Source: a bacterium UBP13_UBA5359
GTDB taxonomy: Bacteria > UBP13 > UBA5359
NCBI GenBank assembly: GCA_002410925.1
Contig: DHPR01000033.1
Coordinates: 142,397-206,396 of the forward strand
Length of the DNA: 64,000 nt
Reading direction: 5' to 3'
In this document: positions 9,857-19,266 of the stretch, piece by piece
How the letters are laid out: each line of letters begins with the position of its first letter
Position numbering within the stretch: position 1 is the stretch's first letter
Translations under genes and position numbers: made by a program
The notes under the pieces: generated by a model
Seen by the model: the letters and a program-made list of their open reading frames with translations, nothing else
Told to the model about the DNA's origin: nothing
The model's database searches: none

Positions 9857-10023
9857 ATAGCTTCCCCCATAATAATATACACTGATTGTAACATTTGATA
9901 ACTTTAAATCAAAGGAGAAGGGCTTGAGTGATAGATAACCATCGTTATATCGTTTGTTTGTATCGATCGCGGCTTCGGAGGATGCTCGATAGAAAAGCAA
10001 AGAGAGCACGGATACTGCAAAAA

Positions 10024-10100
10024 TGGTCGGGGCGGCGGGATTTGAACCCACGACCTCACGGTCCCGAACCGTGCGCTCTACCAAGCTGAGCCACGCCCCG
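10024..10100 (-). tRNA. tRNA-Pro(CGG)
   Basis: 77-nt cloverleaf CGGGGCG...CGCCCCG-ACCA, anticodon arm CACGG-UUCGGGA-CCGUG, GUUCAAAU T-loop. Confidence 0.97.
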
Positions 10101-10116
10101 ATAAAAGACAGCCTGT

Positions 10117-10145
10117 ATTTTACCACCTTTTTATAATTTTGGGAA
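10117..10145 (-). promoter_or_regulatory. sigmaA promoter of tRNA-Pro(CGG)
   Basis: TTCCCA-17nt-TAAAAT with TG extension. Confidence 0.55.
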
Positions 10146-10178
10146 GGGTGATGAATTCGTTTAAGGTTTTGGCTAAGC

Positions 10179-11567
10179 CTACACCGATATAAGCTTACCT
10201 TCCCGCTTGAGAATATCTCTGGCTGCCAGAACGCCGGATACGGATGCCTGAATCAGTCCTCTGGTCAACCCCGCTCCATCGCCTATGGCATAAAGACCGC
10301 TTATCTCTGTTTCCAGCTTATCGGTTACCTTTAATTTGGAGGAGTAAAACTTTACCTCAGCTCCGTAAAGCAAAGTATGCCTGGAATACACACCCGGCGC
10401 CAGCACATCCAGCGCCTGAAGCATCTCAATAATATCGGTCAGATAGCGATAAGGCAATACAAAGCTCAAATCTCCCGGAGAGGCGCTGGATAGAGATGGC
10501 TTTATGATACTGCTGGCTATACGCTCCGGGGTAGAACGCCTGCCGTTGAGCAGATCTCCGAGCCGTTGAACTATAACGGTTCCTCCCAGCATGTTAGCCA
10601 GCCTGGCCATATATCGACCGTAATCAATAGGTTCATGAAAGGGCTCTGTAAAAGGAGTGCTGACTAAAAGTGCAAAATTGGTCTTGTCGCTCTTTTGATT
10701 GGCATAGCTATGTCCGTTCACAGTTATGACACCGTTATTGTGCTCAGTCACCACTTCACCGTTGGGACAGACACAGAACGTACGTATCTGATCATCAAAA
10801 CGCTTGCTGTAATAAAGGAGCTTCGGTTCATAAACTATATCCGTGATATGGCGCATGATCTCTGAAGGCAGCTCCACTCTGACGCCGATATCCACCGGAT
10901 TATTGATAGTAATCAGGCGAAGTCTGGCAGCTTCTGATGCCAGCCATGAAGACCCTTCTCTGCCTGGCGCAGCCACCACGTACCTGCCTCTGTATTCACC
11001 ACTGGATGTCGATACCCCGACAATGCGTCCATTCTCAACCAGCAGATGCTCAACAGCAGTCTCCATAGCCAGGGAGATCTTATTATCAAGATATTCGCGT
11101 ATGCCCTTTAAAACGCGCCCACCGCCGTCACTTCCCATATGCCGAATACGGGCTGATACCAGCTTGAGCTCGGCCTTTACTGCCAGGCGGGCAATCCTGG
11201 CAATATCGTCATCATTGGTTCCGTAAGTGGTGGTTGGAGCGCCGTATTCCAGATAGAGACGATCAACATAATCAATCAAGCCTATTAACGTCTCTTCGGA
11301 AATATATCTATCCAATTGTCCTCCTACGTCGGGAGAAAGAGTCAGCTTGCCATCGCTGAAGGCGCCTGCCCCTCCCCAGCCGCAGAGAAGTGAACATGGA
11401 TCACAAGCAACGCATGCTTTTGAAGGCCACCTGCCCGGGCATTTTCGCGCATCTATATCCAGGCCTTTATCAATCAGAAGTATCTTCAATCCATCCTGCT
11501 TGACCATTTCCAGAGCCGCAAATATGCCGGCCGGACCAGCCCCTACGATAATGACGTCATATTGCAT
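10179..11567 (-). CDS. FAD-dependent oxidoreductase (uncharacterised anaerobe-type family)
   Basis: YDVIIVGAGPAG, Cys-rich CPxxxxxxxCxxCxPC, GGAGAFSDGKL, GDGAGLTRGL; start ATG at 11567 after AGGAGG. Confidence 0.85.
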   Translation of the reverse strand: MQYDVIIVGAGPAGIFAALEMVKQDGLKILLIDKGLDIDARKCPGRWPSKACVACDPCSLLCGWGGAGAFSDGKLTLSPDVGGQLDRYISEETLIGLIDYVDRLYLEYGAPTTTYGTNDDDIARIARLAVKAELKLVSARIRHMGSDGGGRVLKGIREYLDNKISLAMETAVEHLLVENGRIVGVSTSSGEYRGRYVVAAPGREGSSWLASEAARLRLITINNPVDIGVRVELPSEIMRHITDIVYEPKLLYYSKRFDDQIRTFCVCPNGEVVTEHNNGVITVNGHSYANQKSDKTNFALLVSTPFTEPFHEPIDYGRYMARLANMLGGTVIVQRLGDLLNGRRSTPERIASSIIKPSLSSASPGDLSFVLPYRYLTDIIEMLQALDVLAPGVYSRHTLLYGAEVKFYSSKLKVTDKLETEISGLYAIGDGAGLTRGLIQASVSGVLAARDILKREGKLISV

Positions 11568-11620
11568 GGGTTTCCTCCTGCCGGATGTTAAGATAGTAAT
11601 GTAATAATCCACCCTTTATC

Positions 11621-11642
11621 TACCCTGCTGATCAGCAGGGTA
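11621..11642. repeat. Perfect 22-bp palindrome
   Basis: TACCCTGCTGATCAGCAGGGTA equals its own reverse complement. Confidence 0.9.
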
Positions 11643-11762
11643 AACGAATATATTTATATAAAGCGAAGATAATTCAGAGCGTTAGGCATAAGAATTCAGC
11701 AGCCGCCAGATGCATAGCCGGATATAGATGAAAGCTATTTTGACTTCCGGCTTTAAATATTA

Positions 11763-11839
11763 TGGTCGGGGCGACTGGATTCGAACCAGCGGCCTCTTGA
11801 ACCCCATTCAAGCGCGCTGCCAAGCTGCGCCACGCCCCG
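11763..11839 (-). tRNA. tRNA-Pro(GGG)
   Basis: 77-nt cloverleaf, anticodon arm CUUGA-AUGGGGU-UCAAG, GUUCGAAU T-loop, encoded CCA. Confidence 0.97.
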
Positions 11840-11850
11840 ATACGCAGCTT

Positions 11851-11879
11851 ATTATATCAAATCAAACTCTCGTTGACAA
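11851..11879 (-). promoter_or_regulatory. Strong sigmaA promoter of tRNA-Pro(GGG)
   Basis: TTGTCA-17nt-TATAAT with TG extension. Confidence 0.8.
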
Positions 11880-11903
11880 CAAGGATCAACACACAGATAC
11901 CTA

Positions 11904-13967
11904 TTATAGGGTTTTACCGCTATTCTCAACATCAAGCAATCTGTAACGATATAACCGGAAGGAATTCTTTTTGGGCAGATGCACAGTAAGAGACCCTCTC
12001 TTTCCCAGAGCAACTTCCCGCTCTATCTCAGAATGCGAAAGGCATTGCCAATTAATTCTGCATCTATCCAGAAATTTCAGGGCAAATCGATATCTTTCTT
12101 TAGGATTCGATCCCCGGTAAATTACAACAAAGCCGGACCCTGTCGATAGATCATGTGATTGAAAGCCTGACCAGGAAGATTCGTCGGGTTTTTGGCCGAC
12201 AGGGAAGATGTCGCCTGCAAATATTTCACTTCTATATTGCTTATGAAGAGCCATTACCCGGCCGATGGCTGTCCTGGTCTCGGGAGAGCATTCCGACGGG
12301 TTGCCCCAGAAAAGCGGATTGGCAAAAAGAGATAAGGCTGTCACATATTCTTGGGAAAAGTCTTCCGGATAAGTGCTTTCGACATAGCTTTCCGCTCTGG
12401 CCTTAGCAATATCCGGAAACTCTACTTGCAGGCGTTGAGTAGGAATATAGCGGCTTAGTGACCACAGGTTAGCCAAAGTGCGCCAGGGAAAATATTGCGT
12501 TGCCGCTTGACGATCCTGGTATCGGTTTTCAAGAAAGATGTTGCCGTATTCATGAAACATAAAGTAACCGGGACGCATCCCATTTGTGGTATCCAGATTA
12601 AAATAGATCTCTCCGTTTGAACGTTGGCGCAAAGTAAAGAAGAGCTTGCGTAAGTTCTCTTCTGCTTCACGACTGTTGATAAACATGGCATCTATCTTGA
12701 AGATACGAATTCCATATTTTTTATATAAATCGAAGAGCAGGTCTGCCTGCGCAGCCCAATCGCGATAACGCTTATTGAATGATGGTGCAAACCATAGGCA
12801 TAGTTCAGTCCGATTTCTTCTAGCAGCAGAGGAAATTACGCTAAAGCCCTCCGGGAATATATCCTGGCGTATATCCCAGGCCTCTTTGCCAAGGGGCCTG
12901 TTTTTCAGACTCAGCTCAGCCAGGCCTCGGCACTCCTGCCAACCATCGTCAACCTGGTAACGCTCTATACCCATTTCACCGCAGGCTTGTAACTCTTTCT
13001 CTATATATCTGTCTCTCACATTTTCATACCAGCGTGCGCCGTTACCGCCCCATGGGTTGGCCATTATCATGGCATTCTTCTCTATATCCATTTTAAAGCG
13101 TTGATTGAAGTAGCGCCGAAGTTCCAGATACCCTTGATCCATATTCTCTCGAAAGCATCCTGTTACATGGAGATAGCTGGTAAAAGCATTCTGATCAAAC
13201 TCACTGGGCAGAATTCCCCAGCCACAGCTTTTAACGGTATTTCCCTGCAGAATAAAATCCCCCTTTCCTTCTCGCCTTCTCTCAGAGCTGGAAGGGGCCT
13301 CCTGTAAGATAAATAATCCTGCATTGCTATTCGTCTCCTGAATAAAAAGAAGATTGCCTTGGAGCGACCGTCTGCCGGCATCCTTTTTGCAAATAAAATC
13401 GGTTTCCTTCACTAAATGATTGGAGTAATCTGTCCGGCCGTTGAATCTGACACACCGCATACGATACTGCTCATTCCTAAGTCGCAGAATATCTACGGCA
13501 TTTTCCATGCTGCGAAAGCTGATCTCAGATTCATGCTTTTCTATCAGATTATAGCCGTTTGGGCATACAGGCGTTTGTATCACAATTCGGGTAGCGATGG
13601 CGGCAACTCCGGGATAGATAAAATACTCCCGGTTCAATTTCAACTCCTGTACTGCATCATAAAAAGATAAAGTCACCTTCAGAGAGTCATGCTGATATAG
13701 ATCGCCGGAAATAATTTCGCTCTCAACCCCCTTGCATTGCAAACGTACCGGTTGGCAATCATAGCTCTCCAGCAAGGCGGTATAAAAGAAATCATGTTCC
13801 TCTTCCAACGGTATTGTCCACTCTTTATTGCTCTCTTTGTGCTGAAAAGATATCGTGCGGCAAAAGCCGTTTTTAACAGAGATTATGCGTAAGATCTCTT
13901 TATTCTCTATTCGGATAACATCATCTTTCCAGCTTGCCTGGCAATCTTTGAATTGTGAACAATTCAT
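11904..13967 (-). CDS. GH36/clan-D alpha-galactosidase-like glycoside hydrolase
   Basis: NPWG, QVDDGWQ, FPEG, LWFAP and FKID (nucleophile) motifs typical of GH36/27 barrels; no signal peptide. Confidence 0.78.
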   Translation of the reverse strand: MNCSQFKDCQASWKDDVIRIENKEILRIISVKNGFCRTISFQHKESNKEWTIPLEEEHDFFYTALLESYDCQPVRLQCKGVESEIISGDLYQHDSLKVTLSFYDAVQELKLNREYFIYPGVAAIATRIVIQTPVCPNGYNLIEKHESEISFRSMENAVDILRLRNEQYRMRCVRFNGRTDYSNHLVKETDFICKKDAGRRSLQGNLLFIQETNSNAGLFILQEAPSSSERRREGKGDFILQGNTVKSCGWGILPSEFDQNAFTSYLHVTGCFRENMDQGYLELRRYFNQRFKMDIEKNAMIMANPWGGNGARWYENVRDRYIEKELQACGEMGIERYQVDDGWQECRGLAELSLKNRPLGKEAWDIRQDIFPEGFSVISSAARRNRTELCLWFAPSFNKRYRDWAAQADLLFDLYKKYGIRIFKIDAMFINSREAEENLRKLFFTLRQRSNGEIYFNLDTTNGMRPGYFMFHEYGNIFLENRYQDRQAATQYFPWRTLANLWSLSRYIPTQRLQVEFPDIAKARAESYVESTYPEDFSQEYVTALSLFANPLFWGNPSECSPETRTAIGRVMALHKQYRSEIFAGDIFPVGQKPDESSWSGFQSHDLSTGSGFVVIYRGSNPKERYRFALKFLDRCRINWQCLSHSEIEREVALGKRGSLTVHLPKKNSFRLYRYRLLDVENSGKTL

Positions 13968-14000
13968 GTTAACAACCTCGAATCAAAAATATTTGTTGTA

Positions 14001-15002
14001 TCAGCGGATCTCCGGTTTAGGCTGTCGCATCATCAGAGCGGGCACCACCCGGTAGGGGTCCTTCCCCTCGTAGAGGACGGCATGGATTTCTGCTGTTACC
14101 GGCATCTCTATGCCCATTCTGAGCGCCAGCAGATGCGTTGCTCTGGCAGTAGGCATGCCTTCCACTACCATATGCGTCTTGCTGAGCGTTCCGGCCACTT
14201 CATCACCCTTGCCTATTGCCTCACCGAAACATCTGTTACGGCTGTGGCGGCTCATAGAGGTAACCATCAGATCTCCTAAACCTGAGAGCCCGTAAAAGGT
14301 TTCCTGACATGCTCCAAGAGCCTTACCCATACGCACCATCTCTACCAGGCATCTTGTCAGCAGAGCCGCCCTGGTGTTATCACCAAATCCCAAACCATCG
14401 CTCATGCCGGCCCCAATAGCCATAATATTTTTAAGAGCTCCTCCCAGCTCCACTCCAATCAGATCATCGTTGGTATAGACTCTGAAATAATCGGTCATCA
14501 AGATATGCTGTGCCTTGAGAGATGCTTCCGGTGGTCCGGCAATGACGCTGGCTGTCGGTATACGACGCACCACCTCTCTGGATATGTTGGGTCCGGAAAG
14601 AGCTGTCACTCTGGAAGGATTTCCCAGAATATCAACCAAAATTTCCGTCATTCTAAGGCCAGTGTCTACCTCTATTCCTTTAGTGGCGCTGACTATTACG
14701 GATTCCATGTTCAAAAATGGTAAAATTTGATGAGCAATTGCTCGCATTGATGATGAGGGAACGGCAATAATTACCAGAGGTGCCTTTTCAAGTGCCCAGG
14801 CTATATCGGAGGTCGGCCTCAAATTCTCCGGAAAGAGAGAGCCCGGGAGATAAAGCTTGTTCTCTTCAGCATGTTTCATCTCTTCGGCATGCTCCAGCCT
14901 TCTTGCCCAGAGTTTAACCGCATAGCCGCTTGAGGCCAGCATCAATGCCAATGTTGTGCCCCAGCTGCCTGCTCCTATTACACATACTTCTGCCTTACTC
15001 AT
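14001..15002 (-). CDS. gpsA: NAD(P)H-dependent glycerol-3-phosphate dehydrogenase
   Basis: GAGSWGT, ATKGIE, LSGPN, GGALKN, GLGDL, SRN motifs. Confidence 0.96.
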   Translation of the reverse strand: MSKAEVCVIGAGSWGTTLALMLASSGYAVKLWARRLEHAEEMKHAEENKLYLPGSLFPENLRPTSDIAWALEKAPLVIIAVPSSSMRAIAHQILPFLNMESVIVSATKGIEVDTGLRMTEILVDILGNPSRVTALSGPNISREVVRRIPTASVIAGPPEASLKAQHILMTDYFRVYTNDDLIGVELGGALKNIMAIGAGMSDGLGFGDNTRAALLTRCLVEMVRMGKALGACQETFYGLSGLGDLMVTSMSRHSRNRCFGEAIGKGDEVAGTLSKTHMVVEGMPTARATHLLALRMGIEMPVTAEIHAVLYEGKDPYRVVPALMMRQPKPEIR

Positions 15003-15052
15003 ACTCTCTCATCCAATGCCTTTAATTCAGTCGGAGAAATCGTCGCATGAAA

Positions 15053-15679
15053 TCAACAACCGTCGCTCTCAGATTGCTCAACCGGCAACGTTACCCGTTT
15101 ACCAAAGCGGTTCTCTGTTCCCGCCAAGAGGCGCCGTATATTCTCCTTGTGTCGCAACACTGCCCACAAGGAAGCAAATACTCCAAAGGCCAGCACGGGC
15201 TTCTGGCAGTGAAAATATACCATAATCAACGGAAGAGAGAGAGCTGCCGTCACGGATGCCAGAGATACGTAGCGGCTTACAGTCAGCACAAGCAGCCAGA
15301 TAACGGCGCATGCCCCGGCAACGGCGGGCGATAAGCCCAATAATACTCCCAGAGTAGTAGATATGCCTTTCCCGCCTCTAAAGCCCAGCCAGATGGAACG
15401 ATTATGTCCCAGCAGTGCAGCCGTACCGGCTAGAACAGAGAGCGGAGATCCTCCCACTTGCAGGCCGATGATTGCCGGTATCCATCCTTTGGCCGCATCC
15501 AGCAGCATAGCTGTAATACCGCACGGATATCCCAGAAGACGCAGCGCATTGGTAGCGCCGATATTGCCACTGCCATGGCGCCTGATATCTATGCCGCGTA
15601 CCGCCATGCCTATAAGCAATCCGAAGGGAATAGATCCTATTAAATAAGATATCGTAATAATAATAATCGTCTTATACAT
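15053..15679 (-). CDS. plsY: Glycerol-3-phosphate acyltransferase PlsY
   Basis: YLIGSIPFG, GSGNIGATN, FRGGKG, HKENIRRL motifs; alternative start 15688. Confidence 0.95.
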   Translation of the reverse strand: MYKTIIIITISYLIGSIPFGLLIGMAVRGIDIRRHGSGNIGATNALRLLGYPCGITAMLLDAAKGWIPAIIGLQVGGSPLSVLAGTAALLGHNRSIWLGFRGGKGISTTLGVLLGLSPAVAGACAVIWLLVLTVSRYVSLASVTAALSLPLIMVYFHCQKPVLAFGVFASLWAVLRHKENIRRLLAGTENRFGKRVTLPVEQSESDGC

Positions 15680-15680
15680 T

Positions 15681-17021
15681 TTAATCACGCTTCTTAAATA
15701 TAATCCTTAGCGGCGTTCCTTCAAAATCAAAAGCGTTCCGCAGGCGATTCTCGAGATAACGCTTATAAGAAAAATGCAAAAGCACCGTATCGTTAACATA
15801 GATAAGTATGGTCGGCGGATGCACCTGTGGTTGCGTCGCATAGTAAAGCTTCAACCGCCTGCCTTTGAAGTGTGCCGGTGGATGCTCAACCAAGGCATCA
15901 TGAAGCACCTTATTCAAGGCTGCAGTAGTTACGCGCTGTCCTCCCTTATCATAGACCTCGGCCACTTTATTTAAAAGGCCTTCCATACCCCTTCCAGTTT
16001 TAGCGGAGGCTATAACTATAGGAGCAAAGCTGTAAAAGGAGAGTTCACTTCTTATCAGAGTATAAATCTCCTGGCTCAGATCTTTGGCTGTTGTTCTAGA
16101 CCATTTAGGTATTTCTTCCTGAACAAGATCCCATTTATTGACTACGATAACGGCGCTCTTTGCCTTCTGTGCCGCATACCCGGCTATCTTCTTATCCTGT
16201 TCAGTCAGGCCTTCCACAGCATCAATTATAATCAGGCAGATATCTGCCCTGTCTATCGCTCGCAAGGCTCGCACAACGCTGTAATACTCGACATCGCTCT
16301 CCACTCTGGCCCGACGGCGCATGCCGGCCGTATCAATAAGTAAAAATTCACGACCATTATATGTAAAATAGCTATCTATAGCATCTCTGGTAGTTCCGGG
16401 AATATCACTGACGATAACACGCTCTCGCCCCAGAAGGGAATTCATAATAGAAGATTTCCCTACATTAGGCCTCCCTATTATGGCCACCTTTACGGCATTG
16501 GGCAGCGCCTCTTGATCGGATTGCAGCGGCAGCATCTGTAATATTTCATCAAGAAGATCACCGGTATTGATGCCATGTAGCGATGAAACGGGTAACGGTT
16601 CACCCAAGCCTAATTCATAAAAGTCATAAACAAGATTGAACATACCGGTATTATCTATCTTGTTGACCACCAGTAAGACCGGTTTGCCGGATTCTCTAAG
16701 CTTTTGAGCAATTATGCGGTCATCCGGCAAGATACCCTGGCGACCATCTGTCAGGAAAATAATTGCATCGGCCTCTTCAATGCCGAATGAAAGCTGCTCT
16801 CTTATTCTCCCGGTCATGCTATCAGCAGAAGCTTCCTCATATCCACCAGTATCGATAAGAATGAACTCGCGCCCTGACCACTCGACTTCAGCATAAAGCC
16901 TATCTCTGGTCACACCGGGAACATCTTCAACAATAGCCAGCCGCCGGCTGATCAAACGGTTGAAGAGAGATGATTTACCGACATTAGGCCTTCCTATTAT
17001 GGCAACAACGGGTTTATGCAC
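15681..17021 (-). CDS. der: Ribosome biogenesis GTPase Der
   Basis: Two GRPNVGKSS GTPase domains plus KH-like C-terminus; start GTG at 17021. Confidence 0.97.
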   Translation of the reverse strand: MHKPVVAIIGRPNVGKSSLFNRLISRRLAIVEDVPGVTRDRLYAEVEWSGREFILIDTGGYEEASADSMTGRIREQLSFGIEEADAIIFLTDGRQGILPDDRIIAQKLRESGKPVLLVVNKIDNTGMFNLVYDFYELGLGEPLPVSSLHGINTGDLLDEILQMLPLQSDQEALPNAVKVAIIGRPNVGKSSIMNSLLGRERVIVSDIPGTTRDAIDSYFTYNGREFLLIDTAGMRRRARVESDVEYYSVVRALRAIDRADICLIIIDAVEGLTEQDKKIAGYAAQKAKSAVIVVNKWDLVQEEIPKWSRTTAKDLSQEIYTLIRSELSFYSFAPIVIASAKTGRGMEGLLNKVAEVYDKGGQRVTTAALNKVLHDALVEHPPAHFKGRRLKLYYATQPQVHPPTILIYVNDTVLLHFSYKRYLENRLRNAFDFEGTPLRIIFKKRD

Positions 17022-18309
17022 TGACAGATACCTCACATAAAAAATCGTATAGCGAGGATAAAAGCGGCTCAACGGTTCTGATTTTCATACCCGCTTTTTG
17101 TGATAGTTCTGATAGCGTAATATCGTCGATAAGCCTTGCTTCACGATCGACTGCATGCGCGGGTAGAACCAGAACATCGGGCACATATGACAATTCCGAC
17201 AGAGCAGCCAGCACATCTCGGCCGGACAAGAGCCCGCTGACGGAAACACGACCGCCAAAAAAATTGTTATCGACCGGTACGAGCCTCAGATCTATTCCTG
17301 TAGCCGCTACCAGGCGATTAATATAATCATTCAGATACGGCAACGGCAATCGACCGCATACCAGACTGACGATACCATTATAGAGCACTTTACCTGTTTG
17401 AGGCAAGATGCTCTCGGCATCCTCATTAAAGTTCCTGATAATGCCTATGCCGTTTTCATATTGCGGATAATCTTCATAGTAAGCATTATCTGGTATTTCC
17501 AGGCCGCTTAAGCTATACATCTCGTCGGAAGCATAAACAAGACCGCTGCCGTAAAGATCTTTGTTCTTTTCGTAGCGATCCCGGACAATAGCCAGCTGCT
17601 CTTCGGCCCATGCCGCTGTAAAAAGAAGATCATCGACATTCTTCTGGTATGCCGTTGTTCCCACAGGCACTACGGCTATGGATAAAAGTGCCGGGATAAG
17701 ATTGGAGAGATCATCAAGGCTGCGTTTAAGAATTTGACCATCATTTATTTGCGGGCAGATTACAAGCTGTGTGTGCATCTTAATATTTGAAGAAGCCAAC
17801 TCCTTCAATACCGGCATAATATTTCCAGCTGCGGAATTACCCATCAGCCTGACCCTTACGGAGGGATCGGTGGCCTGTACCGATATATAAAGCGGACTCA
17901 GGCGCAATTTCTTTATGCGCTCCAACTCATTTTTTGATAGATTAGTAGTGGTTATATAATTGCCGGCCAGGAAGGAGAGTCTGTAATCATCATCGCGTAT
18001 TCTGAGCGTCTCTCTTACACCGGGAGGTAATTGCTTCACAAAGCAAAAGAGACATCTGTTGGCGCAGGTTTTAACTTTGAACGAAGGGTCATCAACCGCC
18101 AGGCCAAATAGATAATCACCGGCTAAAGGCTCTGTTTCCGCCGTCACTCCATGGCGCTTATAAGTTATGACCTGACCATCCCCCGCGGACATAAATTTAA
18201 AATCGATTATATCATCGACGGTCTGGCCGTCGATTGCCAGGATCTCATCGCCCGGAAGTAAAATCGGGTGGTTTGAAGATTCCGAAGGGGCGAGAACGCG
18301 TACCGGCAT
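17014..18309 (-). CDS. DUF512 radical SAM protein with N-terminal PDZ-like domain
   Basis: CANRCLFCF, DDDYRLSFL, YENGIG; usual neighbour of der. Confidence 0.88.
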   Translation of the reverse strand: MPVRVLAPSESSNHPILLPGDEILAIDGQTVDDIIDFKFMSAGDGQVITYKRHGVTAETEPLAGDYLFGLAVDDPSFKVKTCANRCLFCFVKQLPPGVRETLRIRDDDYRLSFLAGNYITTTNLSKNELERIKKLRLSPLYISVQATDPSVRVRLMGNSAAGNIMPVLKELASSNIKMHTQLVICPQINDGQILKRSLDDLSNLIPALLSIAVVPVGTTAYQKNVDDLLFTAAWAEEQLAIVRDRYEKNKDLYGSGLVYASDEMYSLSGLEIPDNAYYEDYPQYENGIGIIRNFNEDAESILPQTGKVLYNGIVSLVCGRLPLPYLNDYINRLVAATGIDLRLVPVDNNFFGGRVSVSGLLSGRDVLAALSELSYVPDVLVLPAHAVDREARLIDDITLSELSQKAGMKIRTVEPLLSSLYDFLCEVSVSA

Positions 18310-19172
18310 TATTGTTCACCAGCTAGCTTTTCGATCTTTTGGAGGACATCGTTAATTATCCAATCCGGCGTCGAAGCCCCTGCTGAAACGCCTATACAGG
18401 CTGCTCCCTCAATATCCTTCCTGGCTATGCCCTCAGCAGTCTCCACGTGAAGAGTTTTCGTCTTCTCCTGACAAATATCGACAAGCCGATTGGTATTGGC
18501 GCTGTTAAATCCGCCTATGATTATCATCAGATCACATTCGGTTGCCAGCATGCCGGCATGATGCTGGCGCACCTCGGTAGCTTCACATATGGTATTGAAT
18601 ACTCGTGTTTCAGGAGCTCTGGCTGTCAAAGCGGCCGCTATCTCCTGCAATATAGAGAGACGCTGGGTAGTTTGCGCCAGCAAGGCATATTTTCTGTTGC
18701 ATGCAAGCTGCAGACAATCTGCAGCATTTTTTACCGTCAAAGCTTCATTTCCTGCACAGGCTAAAACGGCTTCCACTTCAGGATGCCCCCTATCACCAAG
18801 AATTACGACAGAGTAACCCTGTCCAGCCATATCCGCAGCTATCCGCTGAGCTTTAAGAACGAATGGGCAGGTGGCATCTATGACCTCCAGGTGCTTCTCT
18901 TTTGCCTCAGTCACTATGGTGGGAGCCGCTCCGTGCGATGGTATAAGCAAGGCTCCTTTATTTATTTCATCAAGAGAGGAGATTGTCGCAAGGCCTTCCG
19001 CCTCAAGACGTTGAATTACCTGAGGATTATGTATCAGGGGCCCCAGCGAGCATACAGAGTCGTTGTGGCTCTGCCTGACAGCATTGGTAGCTGTATTTAT
19101 AGCCCTTCTGACACCAAAGCAGAAGCCGGCTTTCTCTGCTAAAACTATCTTTACTTTCGACATAACTGCCAT
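18309..19172 (-). CDS. ispH: 4-hydroxy-3-methylbut-2-enyl diphosphate reductase
   Basis: GFCFGVRRA, IHNP, DATCPFV, TICEAT, GASTP; start may be ATG at 19163. Confidence 0.96.
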   Translation of the reverse strand: MAVMSKVKIVLAEKAGFCFGVRRAINTATNAVRQSHNDSVCSLGPLIHNPQVIQRLEAEGLATISSLDEINKGALLIPSHGAAPTIVTEAKEKHLEVIDATCPFVLKAQRIAADMAGQGYSVVILGDRGHPEVEAVLACAGNEALTVKNAADCLQLACNRKYALLAQTTQRLSILQEIAAALTARAPETRVFNTICEATEVRQHHAGMLATECDLMIIIGGFNSANTNRLVDICQEKTKTLHVETAEGIARKDIEGAACIGVSAGASTPDWIINDVLQKIEKLAGEQ

Positions 19173-19200
19173 AGTATATCATGTATGCGGTCATTCGGGC

Positions 19201-19237
19201 AAAGGGAGCCGATATGCATTCATATTCCGGCTCCCTT
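19201..19237 (-). terminator. Terminator after the large secreted protein gene
   Basis: GGGAGCCG-GAAUAUG...CAUAU-CGGCUCCC-UUU on the minus strand. Confidence 0.65.
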
Positions 19238-19266
19238 GATATTTAACTTGTACAGGAAGTGAAGAT

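Noticed and set aside
9857..10126. N-terminal extension of the ECF sigma ORF
   Set aside because: It reads through tRNA-Pro(CGG); the true start is probably TTG at 9856
10024..11839. Two tRNA-Pro genes flanking one gene, as a possible integrated element with att duplication
   Set aside because: Both tRNAs are full length with different anticodons (CGG, GGG) and their own promoters, and there is no integrase
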